A stretch of 64,000 nt of DNA from an uncultured Bacillota bacterium (GTDB taxonomy: Bacteria > Sysuimicrobiota > Sysuimicrobiia > Sysuimicrobiales > Segetimicrobiaceae): the NCBI GenBank assembly GCA_963804645.1, contig CAWDRG010000002.1, positions 32,001-96,000 of the forward strand. The letters run 5' to 3'. This document shows, one piece after another, positions 19,641 through 30,403 of this stretch. The notes below the pieces were generated by a model. It saw only the letters and a list, made by a program, of their open reading frames with translations. It searched no databases and had not been told where the DNA came from. How positions within the stretch are numbered: the stretch's first letter is position 1; each line of letters begins with the position of its first letter. A program made the position numbers and the translations under genes.

Positions 19641-20525
19641 ATGGCGTCCATGGTAGCGGGATCGATCGGCGCGGGTCTTGTACGTTCGTGCGGCGGTGGA
19701 GACTGGGTGCGCACGTCCAAGCCCGGAGAAGGCGTCGAGCTGCTGCGCGCCTGGTTTGGCGGGCGCGCGTTCGCCAAGCACCGCCACGACACATACGCCG
19801 TCGCCGTAACCGACGTCGGGGTGATGACATTCGACTACCGCGGGCGGGTCGAACGCAGCACGCCGGGCCAGGTCATCGTGCTCCACCCGGATGAGACGCA
19901 CGACGGCCGCGCGGGCAGCGAGGTCGGGTTCGGCTATCGCATCGTCTACGTGGAGCCGGCGCGGATCGCCGCCGCCGTCGGCACGATCACGGAACACACG
20001 GCGGTCCTGCCGTTCGTGCGCGAGCCGGTGTCCGGCAACCCCACGCTCGTGCGGGCGGTCACGGCCGCGTTTCGGCCTGCCCTGGAACCACTGGCGCTCG
20101 ACGCACTGATCCTGCGCCTCGCGGAAGGCTTGATCGAAGGGGATCCTCACTGCCGCGCGGCTCGCGCGCCCCGCCGCGTCGACCACGCGGCGATTGGGCG
20201 GGCTCGGGCGTTCCTCGACGGCCGGCGCGCCGTGGTGCGGTCCGTGGAACTCGAGGCGGTGACCGGTCTGAGCCGGTACGAGCTTGCCCGTCAGTTCCGG
20301 AGCTTCTACGGGACCAGCCCGTACCGGTACTCGGTCATCCGGCGCATTGACTTCGCGCGCAGCCGGCTCGACGCCGGGCTGACGTTGGCCGAGGTCGCGC
20401 TGGCGGCCGGGTTTGCCGACCAGGCACACTTCACGCGGATGTTCAGGTCGGTCTACGGCGTCACGCCGGGACGCTATGTCAGGCTGCGTGATGCGGACGC
20501 GGCCGGGCAGCGCGGGCGCGCGTAG
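19641..20525 (+). CDS. AraC family transcriptional regulator (possibly leaderless)
   Basis: HRHDTY cupin, LHPDETHDG, GFADQAHFTRMF-YGVTPGRY; TATACT at 19629-19634, 6 nt before ATG; divergent from LysE. Confidence 0.92.
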   Translation: MASMVAGSIGAGLVRSCGGGDWVRTSKPGEGVELLRAWFGGRAFAKHRHDTYAVAVTDVGVMTFDYRGRVERSTPGQVIVLHPDETHDGRAGSEVGFGYRIVYVEPARIAAAVGTITEHTAVLPFVREPVSGNPTLVRAVTAAFRPALEPLALDALILRLAEGLIEGDPHCRAARAPRRVDHAAIGRARAFLDGRRAVVRSVELEAVTGLSRYELARQFRSFYGTSPYRYSVIRRIDFARSRLDAGLTLAEVALAAGFADQAHFTRMFRSVYGVTPGRYVRLRDADAAGQRGRA

Positions 20526-20673
20526 CCGGCCCACTGACGAGATTCGCCTTTCCACACGATCTCCACAGTGGATCCACGGCCCGTCCATTCGCGTGCCTCA
20601 GACTGGGTCGCGTGCGGGCGGGGACGCGCTCCCGCGAAGGAGCGAGCGAACGCAGTCGTGGAGGAGGAGCCGC

Positions 20674-21038
20674 GTGAACATCCACCGTGTCGACCTGCAC
20701 GTCTCGGACGTCGATGGCGCGCGCGAATTCTTTGAGCGGTGGTTCGGCCTGCGCTGCGTCTATCAGCGCGCGAAGGAAATCGCGCTGCTCGAGGACGGCG
20801 CCGGCTTCTTGCTCGGCGTGAGCAACCTGCGCGGCTCGCCCCGCCGCCGTATCCGCCGGATTTCCACGTTGGATTTAGACTGAACCGTATGGCGGACGTG
20901 CGCGCGCTGTACGAGGCCGTGAACGCCGGCGGAATCGGCATGAAGTTCGAGCTCGCGGAGGCCGGTCCGGTTCTGGTGTTTCAGTGCCTTGGGCCCGATG
21001 GGATTCCGGTCGAAGTGCAGGCGCTCCTCGGCACGTGA
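20674..21038 (+). CDS. VOC/glyoxalase family protein, frameshift at ~20840
   Basis: GGAGGAG RBS; MNIHRVDLHVSDV in one frame, YPPDFHVGF...GPDGIPVEV in the next; break in a C-run. Confidence 0.8.
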
Positions 21039-21075
21039 CGGCCCTGCCCCCGGAGGGACCTTGCTCAGCGACCGG

Positions 21076-21561
21076 TCAGGCTTCGGCGGGGGGCTTGAAC
21101 CGTTCGAACGGGTTGCGGCAGCTCCGGCACAGATACATCGCCCGGCACAGCGTCGGGCCGAACAGGCTCTCCGCGGCCACGTCGTGGGACCCGCAGTACG
21201 GGCAGACCGGCGGCTCCGCGAAGCGGCAGCGGGGCACCGACAGGCCGTGGGCCGTGAGCTGCGCGCGGCCCCGCGGCGTCATGCGCTCGAGCGTCCACGG
21301 CTCGTCGAACGTGTACTCCACGACGGCGTCGGACACGCCCGGCAGCGCCAGCAGCGCGCGACGCACCCGGGTCCGGATCACGTCGAGCGCGGGACAGGCG
21401 ATCCACGTCGGCACGAGGCGCACGTTCACCCGCGCGCCGTCCACGCGGACGTCGCGCACCAGCCCCATGTCGGTGATCGTGATCGGGAGCTCGGGATCCT
21501 CGACGGTGGCAAGCGCATCCCAGACCGCCGCATCCATCGTGTTCGTGACGTTCGTCACCAC
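21076..21561 (-). CDS. paaD: phenylacetyl-CoA epoxidase subunit D
   Basis: V-DPELP-ITITDMGLVR, PTWIACPA, CPYCGS, FGPTLCRAMYLCRSCRNPFERFK. Confidence 0.93.
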   Translation of the reverse strand: MVTNVTNTMDAAVWDALATVEDPELPITITDMGLVRDVRVDGARVNVRLVPTWIACPALDVIRTRVRRALLALPGVSDAVVEYTFDEPWTLERMTPRGRAQLTAHGLSVPRCRFAEPPVCPYCGSHDVAAESLFGPTLCRAMYLCRSCRNPFERFKPPAEA

Positions 21562-22340
21562 CGTGCCTCCGGATCCGACCGCCAGACCTCGGTCATCTCG
21601 CTGTGCAGCTGTTGGAACGCGGCCGTGCGGACGCCGCGCCGGCCGCCCTCACGCGCGGCGGCGGACGCCGGAACGCGGAGCCCGCAGCCTTCGAGCGTGG
21701 GCTGCACCGTCTCCAGCCAGGATGCCCGCTGCGCGTCCGGCGCGGTGACCAGGACGCCCGCGCGCAGGAGGATCTCGTCGGCCTCGGTCGCCTCGAACAG
21801 CCCGAGCGCGTCGGGCCACGCGCTGTCGAGCGCGGCCTGCACACGGCCGGGGCCGTCGGCGGCGCCGCGGGCGAGGCGCGTCAGCCAGGTCTCCGCGAAA
21901 AGTGTGTGGTACCGTTCCTCCCGCACGAGGAGGTGGGCGAGGTCGGCGACCGGCTGCTGGCCGCTCGCGGCGAGGCGCTCGAGCCGTGCCGTCTCGAATG
22001 GTTCATAGAGGGTGAGGCGGACGATCGTCTCTTCCCATCCGCCGTTCGGCAGTTCGACGAAGGCCGCGTGCCGGTATTCCCCGGGCGCGCGGCCGAACGC
22101 GAGCCGGTCGACGTCGAGTCCCTCGTCCTGGGCGATCTGCTCGTAGAACGCGCGGGCGTGGCCGATCTCCTCCTGGGCGATGCTGCTCATCGCGACGTCG
22201 CTTTCGATGTCGGGCCCCACCCCGGTCCATTCCGAGTGCCGGTGGCCGATGATCAACTCGTCGTCCGCGATGCGCAGCAGCCAGTCGCGGAACGCCGCCC
22301 GCACCGCGGGATCGCCGATCGCGGTCAGCGCGCCGGGCAC
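21555..22340 (-). CDS. paaC: phenylacetyl-CoA epoxidase subunit C
   Basis: ADDELIIGHRHSEWTG, EEIGHAR, EERYH; operon position. Confidence 0.92.
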   Translation of the reverse strand: MPGALTAIGDPAVRAAFRDWLLRIADDELIIGHRHSEWTGVGPDIESDVAMSSIAQEEIGHARAFYEQIAQDEGLDVDRLAFGRAPGEYRHAAFVELPNGGWEETIVRLTLYEPFETARLERLAASGQQPVADLAHLLVREERYHTLFAETWLTRLARGAADGPGRVQAALDSAWPDALGLFEATEADEILLRAGVLVTAPDAQRASWLETVQPTLEGCGLRVPASAAAREGGRRGVRTAAFQQLHSEMTEVWRSDPEARW

Positions 22341-22341
22341 G

Positions 22342-22728
22342 TTAGGCCTCGTCCTCTCGGTAGTCGGTGCCGTAGGATCCCTGCAGGATCTTGCGCTGGC
22401 GTCGGTACGAGCCCCCGAACCGGTAGCTTTTGTCCGTGGCGGGCACGAACATCTCGGAGGCGGACTGCGTGGTCGCGTGGATCTGGTCGGCGCGCACGAC
22501 CCACAGGCTGACGCACGGATCGCGGCGCGTGTAGTTTTCCTTGGCGAGCACGAGCGCCATCTCGGCGTCCGGAGCGTGCACGTCGCCCGCGTAGACGTGC
22601 GCATCGCGCCGCCGTCCCTGGACAAACACCGCCCAGACGTCGTCGGCGGCGCCGAGCGGTCCCTCCCAGGATTCGTTCGACCGTCCGGGGGTCACACCCG
22701 GTCCCCTATCCGTCCGCGGCGCCGCCAT
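22342..22728 (-). CDS. paaB: phenylacetyl-CoA epoxidase subunit B
   Basis: VHAPDAEMAL, YTRR, SLWVV, DKSYR; alternative GTG start at 22695. Confidence 0.9.
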   Translation of the reverse strand: MAAPRTDRGPGVTPGRSNESWEGPLGAADDVWAVFVQGRRRDAHVYAGDVHAPDAEMALVLAKENYTRRDPCVSLWVVRADQIHATTQSASEMFVPATDKSYRFGGSYRRQRKILQGSYGTDYREDEA

Positions 22729-22729
22729 G

Positions 22730-23674
22730 TCACGCCGCGGCGGCCCACCGGCCGACGGCCTCGCGCACCCACGCGTGCTGCGCATGGAAGCGCTGCCGCA
22801 ATGCGAGCCGCTCCATGCTCTTCGGGCCGCCGTTCCGGCCGACCCGCTTCAATTCGTCCCAGTCGGGCTCGGTGTAGATGTAGCGCTGCTCGTCCTCGAC
22901 CCAGCGCAGTCCCGGGTCCGGCACCTCCAGCCCGTACTCGAGGATGACCGGGATGAACCGCCGCAGGAACTGCTGGCGCAGCTCCTCGTTCGACTTCACC
23001 TTGATGCGCCACGCGAGCATCTTCTCGGTGTGCGGCGAGATCCGGTCGGGCATGCCGAAGAAGTGGATGATCGGGGTCCACCAGCGCCGGAGCGCGTCCT
23101 GCAGCATCGCCCGCTGAGTCGGTGTGCCCTCCGCGAGCGACCGCCACACGTCGAGGCCGAGCTGGATGTGGAAGTCCTCTTCGTAGCAGATGCGCTTCAG
23201 CACCCGCGAGTACGGCGCGTACGAGCACGACCGCAACGCGCCCTGGGTCTGCATCGCGGCCCCGTCGACGAACACCTGGATGATCGCGACGTCGGCCCAG
23301 GTCTCCGCCGGGTAGTGGAAGACATTGTGGAAGCGCGCCCTCCCGGCGACCAGCTCGTCGATCATCTCGCTGCGCGAGCGGCCGAGGGTCTCCGCCACCC
23401 GATACAGGAGCATCCCGTGGCCCACCTCGTCCTGGACCTTGGCGGTCAGCGCCATCTTGCGGGCCAGGCTCGGCGCCCGGGGAATCCATTCACGTTCGGG
23501 GAGCGCGCCCATGATCTCGGAGTTCGCGTGCATGTTGATGAGGCGCAGCGCCTCGAACCGATACTCTTCGGGCATCCACTCTCCCGCTTCGAGCTGCTCT
23601 CCGGCCTGAATGCGCTCGGTAAAGCGCGCGAGCTGCTCCGGGTCTTCGGGGGTGCCCTGTGGATCGATCGGCAT
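22730..23674 (-). CDS. paaA: phenylacetyl-CoA epoxidase subunit A
   Basis: WMPEEYR, HANSEIMGALPE-WIPRAP, KVQDEVGHG, CYEEDFH di-iron motifs. Confidence 0.95.
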   Translation of the reverse strand: MPIDPQGTPEDPEQLARFTERIQAGEQLEAGEWMPEEYRFEALRLINMHANSEIMGALPEREWIPRAPSLARKMALTAKVQDEVGHGMLLYRVAETLGRSRSEMIDELVAGRARFHNVFHYPAETWADVAIIQVFVDGAAMQTQGALRSCSYAPYSRVLKRICYEEDFHIQLGLDVWRSLAEGTPTQRAMLQDALRRWWTPIIHFFGMPDRISPHTEKMLAWRIKVKSNEELRQQFLRRFIPVILEYGLEVPDPGLRWVEDEQRYIYTEPDWDELKRVGRNGGPKSMERLALRQRFHAQHAWVREAVGRWAAAA

Positions 23675-23691
23675 GCTCGCGCTCCAGGACG

Positions 23692-23729
23692 TATGACGTT
23701 TTTCGGTCAGACTGCACGAAGTTGTCATA
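23692..23729. promoter_or_regulatory. candidate PaaX-type operator TATGAC-N26-GTCATA
   Basis: Perfect 6-bp inverted repeat with 26-nt spacer between the paa promoter and the paaA start. Confidence 0.55.
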
Positions 23730-23732
23730 TCT

Positions 23733-24168
<436 letters not shown>

Positions 24169-24558
24169 TCACCACGCTGGCACCTTGCGACCGAGTAGAT
24201 GGTGAGGCTACCAACGAGGACGCTCGTTGGCTGCGCAACCAGACCACGACGATCAGCGCGTGATTGCGGGCGGCGATGTGGCACCCGCTCCGCCTCACTC
24301 CCTAGCGTCGAAGCGCCCTCCTCAACGCGCACGATCGAATCAGGTGCTGGCGTCTGATCGTAGAGGGTGAGTTCGTTGAACTGCGCCCGGATGCGGGCAC
24401 AGGGGGTGTCGTGGGATGCATTGGAACGTGCCGTTCGGACTCCCAGCGAATCGCTGGAAACTGGCGCGCCTCGTTGGGAGCCCAGGGAGAAGCCAGCTCG
24501 TGGGGGGGCCGGTACGCAGCCCCCCTACGAACAGCACGGCGTGCGGTCGCGGGTGTGG

Positions 24559-25119
24559 TTAGTCCCCGTACTTCTCCCGCAGGCGCTTGGATAGGCGGAG
24601 CATGAGCTGGTTGCGCTCGAACTGGCCGACCCACTCGGCCGTCACCGCAGACAGCAGCTCCGCGCCGGGCGGCACGATGCCGGTCGGGCACGCCGGACCC
24701 AACCGGTCGGCGGCCATCTGTCGGTACCCGGCGAGGGTCCGGTCGCCGTAACGGCCGCACTCTTGATCGTCCTCGCTGAGGAACACGACCCCTGGGACCC
24801 GGTGGCCGGCGTTCATCGCGAGCGCCTTCTGCGCCTCGGGCTGGGCGTCACGGTCGACGAAGCGGACCACGATCCGCTTGTTCTGCTCCGCGATCCGGCC
24901 CATGATCGGGCACTGGTTCACGCAGTCCCCGCACCACGCGCCGGCGACGCAGAGCACGTGCATCTCCCGGACAAACCCGCCGAGAAGCTCCCGCTGCTCC
25001 GGCGTGAGCGCGACGCGATCGTAGACCGCCTTCCAGCGTGCCTGCTGCTCGGCTGTGGCGTGGCGCTGCAAGAACTCCGCGTAATCAAAGGCCCCGCTGA
25101 ATGTCTGTGCCCAGTCCAT
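24559..25119 (-). CDS. thioredoxin family protein
   Basis: AGAWCGDC active site, HRVP cis-Pro region, ACPTG; GGAGG RBS. Confidence 0.88.
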   Translation of the reverse strand: MDWAQTFSGAFDYAEFLQRHATAEQQARWKAVYDRVALTPEQRELLGGFVREMHVLCVAGAWCGDCVNQCPIMGRIAEQNKRIVVRFVDRDAQPEAQKALAMNAGHRVPGVVFLSEDDQECGRYGDRTLAGYRQMAADRLGPACPTGIVPPGAELLSAVTAEWVGQFERNQLMLRLSKRLREKYGD

Positions 25120-25280
25120 GCGTGTCCTCCCAGGATGTATCGCATGTCGCACCACGGTCGGGAACGTCTAGCGTAACGCGCCCGGTGAGACCCGGCATTC
25201 CCGGTCGCGGCCGCCGCCGGGCCGCCCTGCCCGGCGCCGCGGTTCGAGGACTTGCCCGGAACCGACCCGAAGACGCCAGT

Positions 25281-26414
25281 ATGAAAATTGCCTCGATTAC
25301 CTGTGTCCCATTGGCCGCACGCGCGCCCCGCCCGGTCGAATTTTCGATCGGCACGTTTCCGACGTTCTATGCGGTGCTCGTCCGCGTCACAACCGACACC
25401 GGTCTCGTGGGCGTGGGTGAGTGCATCGCACGGCGCACGCCGGAAGTCGCGGCGATGATCGTGGACCGGCTGCTGGCTCCGCTGGTCATCGGGCGAGATC
25501 CGTGGGACGTCGAGGGGCTGTGGGACGAGATGCTCGCGCTGCTGCGGCGGTGGGGGCACTCCCGCGGGTTTGTCGTGGAGGCGATGAGCGGCATCGACAT
25601 CGCGCTGTGGGACCTGCTGGCACGCTCGGTGGATCAGCCCTTGTATAAGTTCCTCGGCGGCGCGGGCCGCGAGCGCGTCAATTGCTACGTGTCCAAGGTG
25701 TACTTCGACGACATTCCCGCGATGGCCGACGAGGCGCGGGCGCAGGTGGCGCGCGGGTTTCGCGCGATCAAGGTGCAGCTCGGCTGGCCGGCGTCCCGCG
25801 GTGGAGACCGCGCCGACGTGCGGACGGTGCGGGCGATCCGTGACGCGGTGGGCCCGGACATCGAGTTGATGTTTGACGCGAACGGCGCCTACGACATCGG
25901 CACGGCGGTGCGGGTCGGCCGGCAGATCGAGGAGTGCGACGTCGCGTTTCTTGAGGAGCCCCTCCCCCCCGACGACCTCGACGGGTACGCGCACCTGCGG
26001 CGGTCGGTGCGCGTGCCGCTCGCCGCCGGCGAGACCGAATTCGGGATCTTCGGGTTCCGGGATCTGATTGCGCGCGGCTGCCTCGACGTGCTCCAGCCGG
26101 AGGTCGCGCGGATCGGCGGGATCACGGCGGCGCGGCGGCTGTGGGCGCTCGCGCACGCCCACAATCTTCAGTACGCCCCGCACACGGGATTCAGCGGCGG
26201 CGTCGCCCACCTGGCGTCGCTGCACCTTGCCGCGGCGGCGCCCAACTTCTCCACGTACGAATACATGGGGACGCAGTACATCCAGAACCCGCTGCGGGAC
26301 ATCTTTACGACGCCGTTTCCGGTGCCCGAGGACGGTCAGCTGCGCGTGCCCACCGGCCCCGGGCTCGGGCTGGACGTGGATCCCGAGGTGATCCGACGCT
26401 ACGAGGTGCGCTGA
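25281..26414 (+). CDS. mandelate racemase/muconate lactonizing enzyme family protein
   Basis: SGIDIALWDL, AIKVQ, MFDAN, FLEEP, AGE, LQPEVARIGGIT, APH, PTGPGLG. Confidence 0.92.
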   Translation: MKIASITCVPLAARAPRPVEFSIGTFPTFYAVLVRVTTDTGLVGVGECIARRTPEVAAMIVDRLLAPLVIGRDPWDVEGLWDEMLALLRRWGHSRGFVVEAMSGIDIALWDLLARSVDQPLYKFLGGAGRERVNCYVSKVYFDDIPAMADEARAQVARGFRAIKVQLGWPASRGGDRADVRTVRAIRDAVGPDIELMFDANGAYDIGTAVRVGRQIEECDVAFLEEPLPPDDLDGYAHLRRSVRVPLAAGETEFGIFGFRDLIARGCLDVLQPEVARIGGITAARRLWALAHAHNLQYAPHTGFSGGVAHLASLHLAAAAPNFSTYEYMGTQYIQNPLRDIFTTPFPVPEDGQLRVPTGPGLGLDVDPEVIRRYEVR

Positions 26415-26463
26415 GCCGCGCCGTCTGGGGGAACGATCCCGCGCACCGACGGGCGCGGGCGCC

Positions 26464-26755
26464 TCAGCGGACCGCCGCGGGCTCCTGGTCAAGCGCCGCG
26501 CAGAGCGCGTCGACGGAGTCCCCGTCGTCCGGGATACACGGCGATGCGCAGCGGCAGCGTGAGGGACGGGTGGCGCAGCGTAATCTCTCCGAGGCGGCGC
26601 GCGAGCGTCTCGGCGCCCGACGGCCCGGCGCCGAGCTCGGCGAGGACCCACATCCGGTGTTCGTCGGGCTGCAGCACGCAGTCTGATCCGCGCAGGTTCT
26701 CGCGCACCTCGCGGGCGAGCGTGTTGATCTCCTGGTAGAAGTCGGCGGCGTCCAT
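26464..26755 (-). CDS. small degenerate GGDEF-like protein, apparent frameshift at ~26532
   Basis: NLRGSDCV...GAETLARRL...IAVYP then DDGDSVDAL after removing one base; pattern of the GGDEF C-terminal half without the GGDEF motif. Confidence 0.5.
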
Positions 26756-26803
26756 CACTTCCCGCACGGTCGCTGGGGACCGAAAGGGGTCGTCCCCGCG
26801 GGC

Positions 26804-27148
26804 CTACGACTTCGCCGACCGCTCGCGCACGCACGCCTCGCACTCGCACAGCCCCCGGAGCAGCGGGAAGGGATAGATGCCGGTGCTGTGCCCGTCCGAC
26901 CACGTGAACCGCAGCGCGTACGCCCCAACCCGCGCAACCTCTTTCGGGCGTACGTCCGGCGCCACGTTGGAAGGGTCGAGCAGCCGCTCCCCCGTCCACT
27001 CGTGGACGCACATCGCGCACGGGCAGCGCTGTCGCAGGAGCCGGTAGGCGTACCGGCTGACATGGTTGTCGGTCCAGGTGACGACCAACTCGTGCGCCGC
27101 GTCGTCCTGGTCGACCGACAGGGGTGTGGGCATGCGTCCGCGTGGCAT
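26804..27148 (-). CDS. DUF971 (gamma-butyrobetaine hydroxylase N-terminal-like) protein
   Basis: LRQRCPCAMC, VGAYALRFTWSDGHSTGIY, extra C-terminal CECEAC. Confidence 0.9.
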   Translation of the reverse strand: MPRGRMPTPLSVDQDDAAHELVVTWTDNHVSRYAYRLLRQRCPCAMCVHEWTGERLLDPSNVAPDVRPKEVARVGAYALRFTWSDGHSTGIYPFPLLRGLCECEACVRERSAKS

Positions 27149-27158
27149 CGCGTCTCAT

Positions 27159-27187
27159 ACTGTAGGCGGTGGCCGCGATCGTGTCAA
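27159..27187 (-). promoter_or_regulatory. sigma70-type promoter (TTGACA-N17-TACAGT) for the DUF971 gene
   Basis: -35 at 27187-27182, -10 at 27164-27159. Confidence 0.6.
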
Positions 27188-27404
27188 AGCAGGCGGCCGG
27201 GGCGTGCGGGTGCGCCTCGCTCGGGAAGCACCCCTCCGGTCGGTCGTGCGTGATCGTGGGACCGCAGGCGCAGGGGGCTGCTGCCTGCGCGTGAGCGCCC
27301 AGGAGGCCGGACGCCCACAAGGACCGGCGAGCGTGCGGACCGAACATTAAGGGTAAGCCGCTCGCATCACCACGCACCATAATGCCCTGTGCCTGGAGGC
27401 CGTC

Positions 27405-27911
27405 ATGAACGCACCGACCCATCTCGAACCCACCACCGTCGTCACCGTCACGGTGAACGGGCAATCTGAAGAGCTGCGCGTCTCCTCCCGGCGCACGCTG
27501 CTGGGGTGCCTGCGTGAAGACCTGCACCTCACCGGGACCAAGGAGGGCTGCGGAGTCGGAACCTGCGGCGCGTGCACCGTCCTGGTGGACGGCAAGGCGG
27601 TGCTGTCGTGCCTGATGCTCGCGGTCCAGGCGGACGGGCGCACGATCGAAACGATCGAGGGCCTCGCGCCGGACGGCGTCCTCGATCCGCTGCAGCGCGC
27701 GTTCATCGCGCAGGACGCGTTCCAGTGCGGGTTCTGCACGCCGGGCCAGATCATGGCGATGCGGGGGCTGCTGCGCCGCAACGCGCATCCCACGCTCGAC
27801 GAGGTGCGGCACGCGACCGAGGGCAACGTCTGTCGGTGCGGCGCGTATCTCCGGATCCAGGCCGCCGCGCTTGAGGTGGCCAAGTCGGCCGAGACCGCGC
27901 GCAAGCGCTGA
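27405..27911 (+). CDS. molybdo-hydroxylase small (2x[2Fe-2S]) subunit, CoxS/PaoA-like
   Basis: GTKEGCGVGTCGACTV, QCGFCTPG, GNVCRCGAY. Confidence 0.94.
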   Translation: MNAPTHLEPTTVVTVTVNGQSEELRVSSRRTLLGCLREDLHLTGTKEGCGVGTCGACTVLVDGKAVLSCLMLAVQADGRTIETIEGLAPDGVLDPLQRAFIAQDAFQCGFCTPGQIMAMRGLLRRNAHPTLDEVRHATEGNVCRCGAYLRIQAAALEVAKSAETARKR

Positions 27912-27983
27912 CGCCGGGCGCGCGCCGGCGCACCCGCGTGCACACGTACCGCATGCTGCTGAGCGACATCTAAGGAGGCTCCG

Positions 27984-30285
27984 ATGCCCCGGATTATCAA
28001 ACAGAAGATCGAGTTCGAAGGCCGCATCGAAGAGCGCGAGGTCGTCATCGAAGGCGACGACCTGCCGGTCTGGTCGGCCGCCGAAGTCTTCAAGGTGATC
28101 GGCACCCCGGTGCCGCGCGTCGACGGCGCGGACCGCGTGAGCGGGGCGGCGCGGTACACCGCCGACCTCTATCCCGCGGGCCTGCTGCACGGCGCGATGC
28201 TGCGCAGCCCGCATGCCCACGCGCGCATCACGCGCTTCGATGCCGCCCGGGCGGAGGCCGCGTCGGGGGTGCGCCTCGTGCTGTCCGCGGCCAACGGGCC
28301 GAAACTGCCGTGGTACAACGGGAAAAGCTCGCTGTTCGATCCGGAGCTGCGGTACGTCGGCGATGAGGTCGCGCTCGTGATCGCCGAAACCCCGGACCAG
28401 GCCCGCGACGCGCTGGACCTGATCGAGGTGGAGTACGAGGCGCTGCCCCATGTGATCGACGCCGAGGCAGCGCTGCGGCCGGGCGCGGTGCGGGTCCATG
28501 CCGACGGCCCGGAGCTGGGCGGCACGCCGGACGCGTACGAGCGCGGCGATGTCGCGCGGGGGTTTGCCGAGGCGGACGTCACGGTCGAGCTCGCGGTCGA
28601 TACCCCGGACGTGCTGCACCACAGCATGGAGACGCACGGGTCGGTCGCGCATTGGGACGGCGACCAGCTGACGATCTGGGACTCGACGCAGCACATCTTC
28701 GGCGTGCGCCGGCAGGTCTCAGGCGCCCTCAAGATCCCGCTCGACCGGGTGCGGGTCGTCAGCCCGTTCATGGGCGGCGGGTTCGGCAGCAAGAACGGCG
28801 CCGGGAAGTACACGATCATGGCCGCGCTCGCCTCGAAGCGGCTGCGGCGACCGGTGAAGATCATGTTCACGCGCGCGGAGGAGAGCCAGGCGCGCCGGCA
28901 AGCGGCCCCGCAGCGTGCAGCGGATCCGGATCGGCGCGAAGCGGGACGGCACCCTGACCGCGATCGAGCACTGGGGCGCCTCCAACGTTGGGGCGTACCG
29001 CGCGATGGGCTCGTCGATCAGCGGCCCGACGAAGGAACTGTATCTGTGTCCGAACATGCGGACCGAGATCCACAACGTGTTCACCCACACGGGGCCCGCG
29101 GCGGCGTTCCGGGCGCCGGGGTACGTCGAGGGTACGGTCGCGCTCGACGGCGCGATGGAGATGCTCGCCGACGCGCTGAAGATGGACCCCCTCGCCCTGC
29201 GCCTCAAGAACTACGTGGAGACCGATCAGGTGCAGGGGCGCAGCTACTCGAGCAAGTTTCTGCGCGAGGCGTACGAGCTCGCGGCCAAGGCCGCGGGCTG
29301 GGACCAGCGCGCCCCCACCCCGCCCGGGCCCGTCACCGGGCACGGCAAGCGGCGCGGGCTTGGGATGGCGAGTCAGATGTGGGGCGGCGCCGGCTCGCCC
29401 CCCGCGTACGCCGAGCTGCGGTTGAACCCCGACGGCAGCGCCGAGATCCGGATCGGCACGCAGGAGATCGGCACCGGGGCGAAGACCGCCCTCACGCAGA
29501 TCGCCGCGGAGGTCCTCGGGCTCCCCATCGAGCGGGTAGTGCTCTACCTCGGCGACACGGCGTTTCCCTACAGCCCCCTCTCCGCGGGCAGCCAGACGAT
29601 CACGTCGTGCGGTCCCGCGGTCCGGATGGCCGCCGAGGACGCCCGCCGGCACCTCCTGGACGCCGCGGCGTCGGTGCTCGAGGCCGCGCCGAACGACATG
29701 CGGCTCGAGGACGGACGCCTGTTTGTCGCGGGGACGCCCGAGCGCGGCCTGACGGTCGCCGAGCTCACGGGACGGATGAATAACTTCACGATCATGGGCC
29801 GGGGGTTTCGGGGTCCGAACCCCGATGGGGTCACGATCCGCACGTTCGGGGTCCAGATCGCGGATGTCGAGGTGGATCTCGACACCGGCGAGGTGACCGT
29901 GCGCAAGATCGTCGCGTGCCACGACGTCGGCCGGGTCATCAACCCGATGCAGTACGCCAGCCAGATCGAAGGCGGCGTGATTCAGGGGCTCGGGATGGCG
30001 CTGTGGGAGGATCATCTGACCGATCCGGACACCGGAACTGTGCTGGATCTCGGGTTCGACAGCTACGCGGTGCCGCGCACCTCCTGGATTCCCGAGATCG
30101 TGTCGCTGGCGGTCAACAAGCCGGACCCGATCGCCAACAACCTGGGCGCGAAAGGCGTCGGCGAGCCGCCGATCATTCCGACCCCCGCGGCGGTCGCGAA
30201 CGCGGTGGCGAACGCGATCGGCGTGCGCGTGAACTCGATGCCGATTACCCCGGCCAAGGTGCTGAAGGCGCTCGGCCGGATCTAG
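27984..30285 (+). CDS. xanthine dehydrogenase-family molybdopterin-binding subunit, frameshift at ~28890
   Basis: LRSPHAHARI, MGGGFGSK (ORF 27984), then FRAPG, QEIGTG, QIEGG, GAKGVGEPP (ORF 28915); one-base correction gives ESQAAGKRPRSVQ. Confidence 0.92.
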
Positions 30286-30403
30286 CGCGCGCGGGACGGG
30301 CCGCAGCCGGCGCCGGGCGCGACGTGGTGTGTCGTGCCCGCGCGGGTAGGCCGCCGCCGGGCCGCTCGACCACACGAAACCGTCAACGAAGGGGGAGGCG
30401 AGT

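Noticed and set aside
24918..28694. 1258-aa minus-strand ORF and similar long ORFs (2053-3708, 35394-37535, 39250-41235, 53099-54730, 58128-60086)
   Set aside because: Antisense shadows of well-supported genes; Arg/Pro/Gly-rich with no motifs; expected at this GC content
28870..28920. Programmed ribosomal frameshifting as the cause of the split Mo subunit and other split genes
   Set aside because: No slippery heptamer; breaks are scattered over many unrelated genes, which fits sequencing error better
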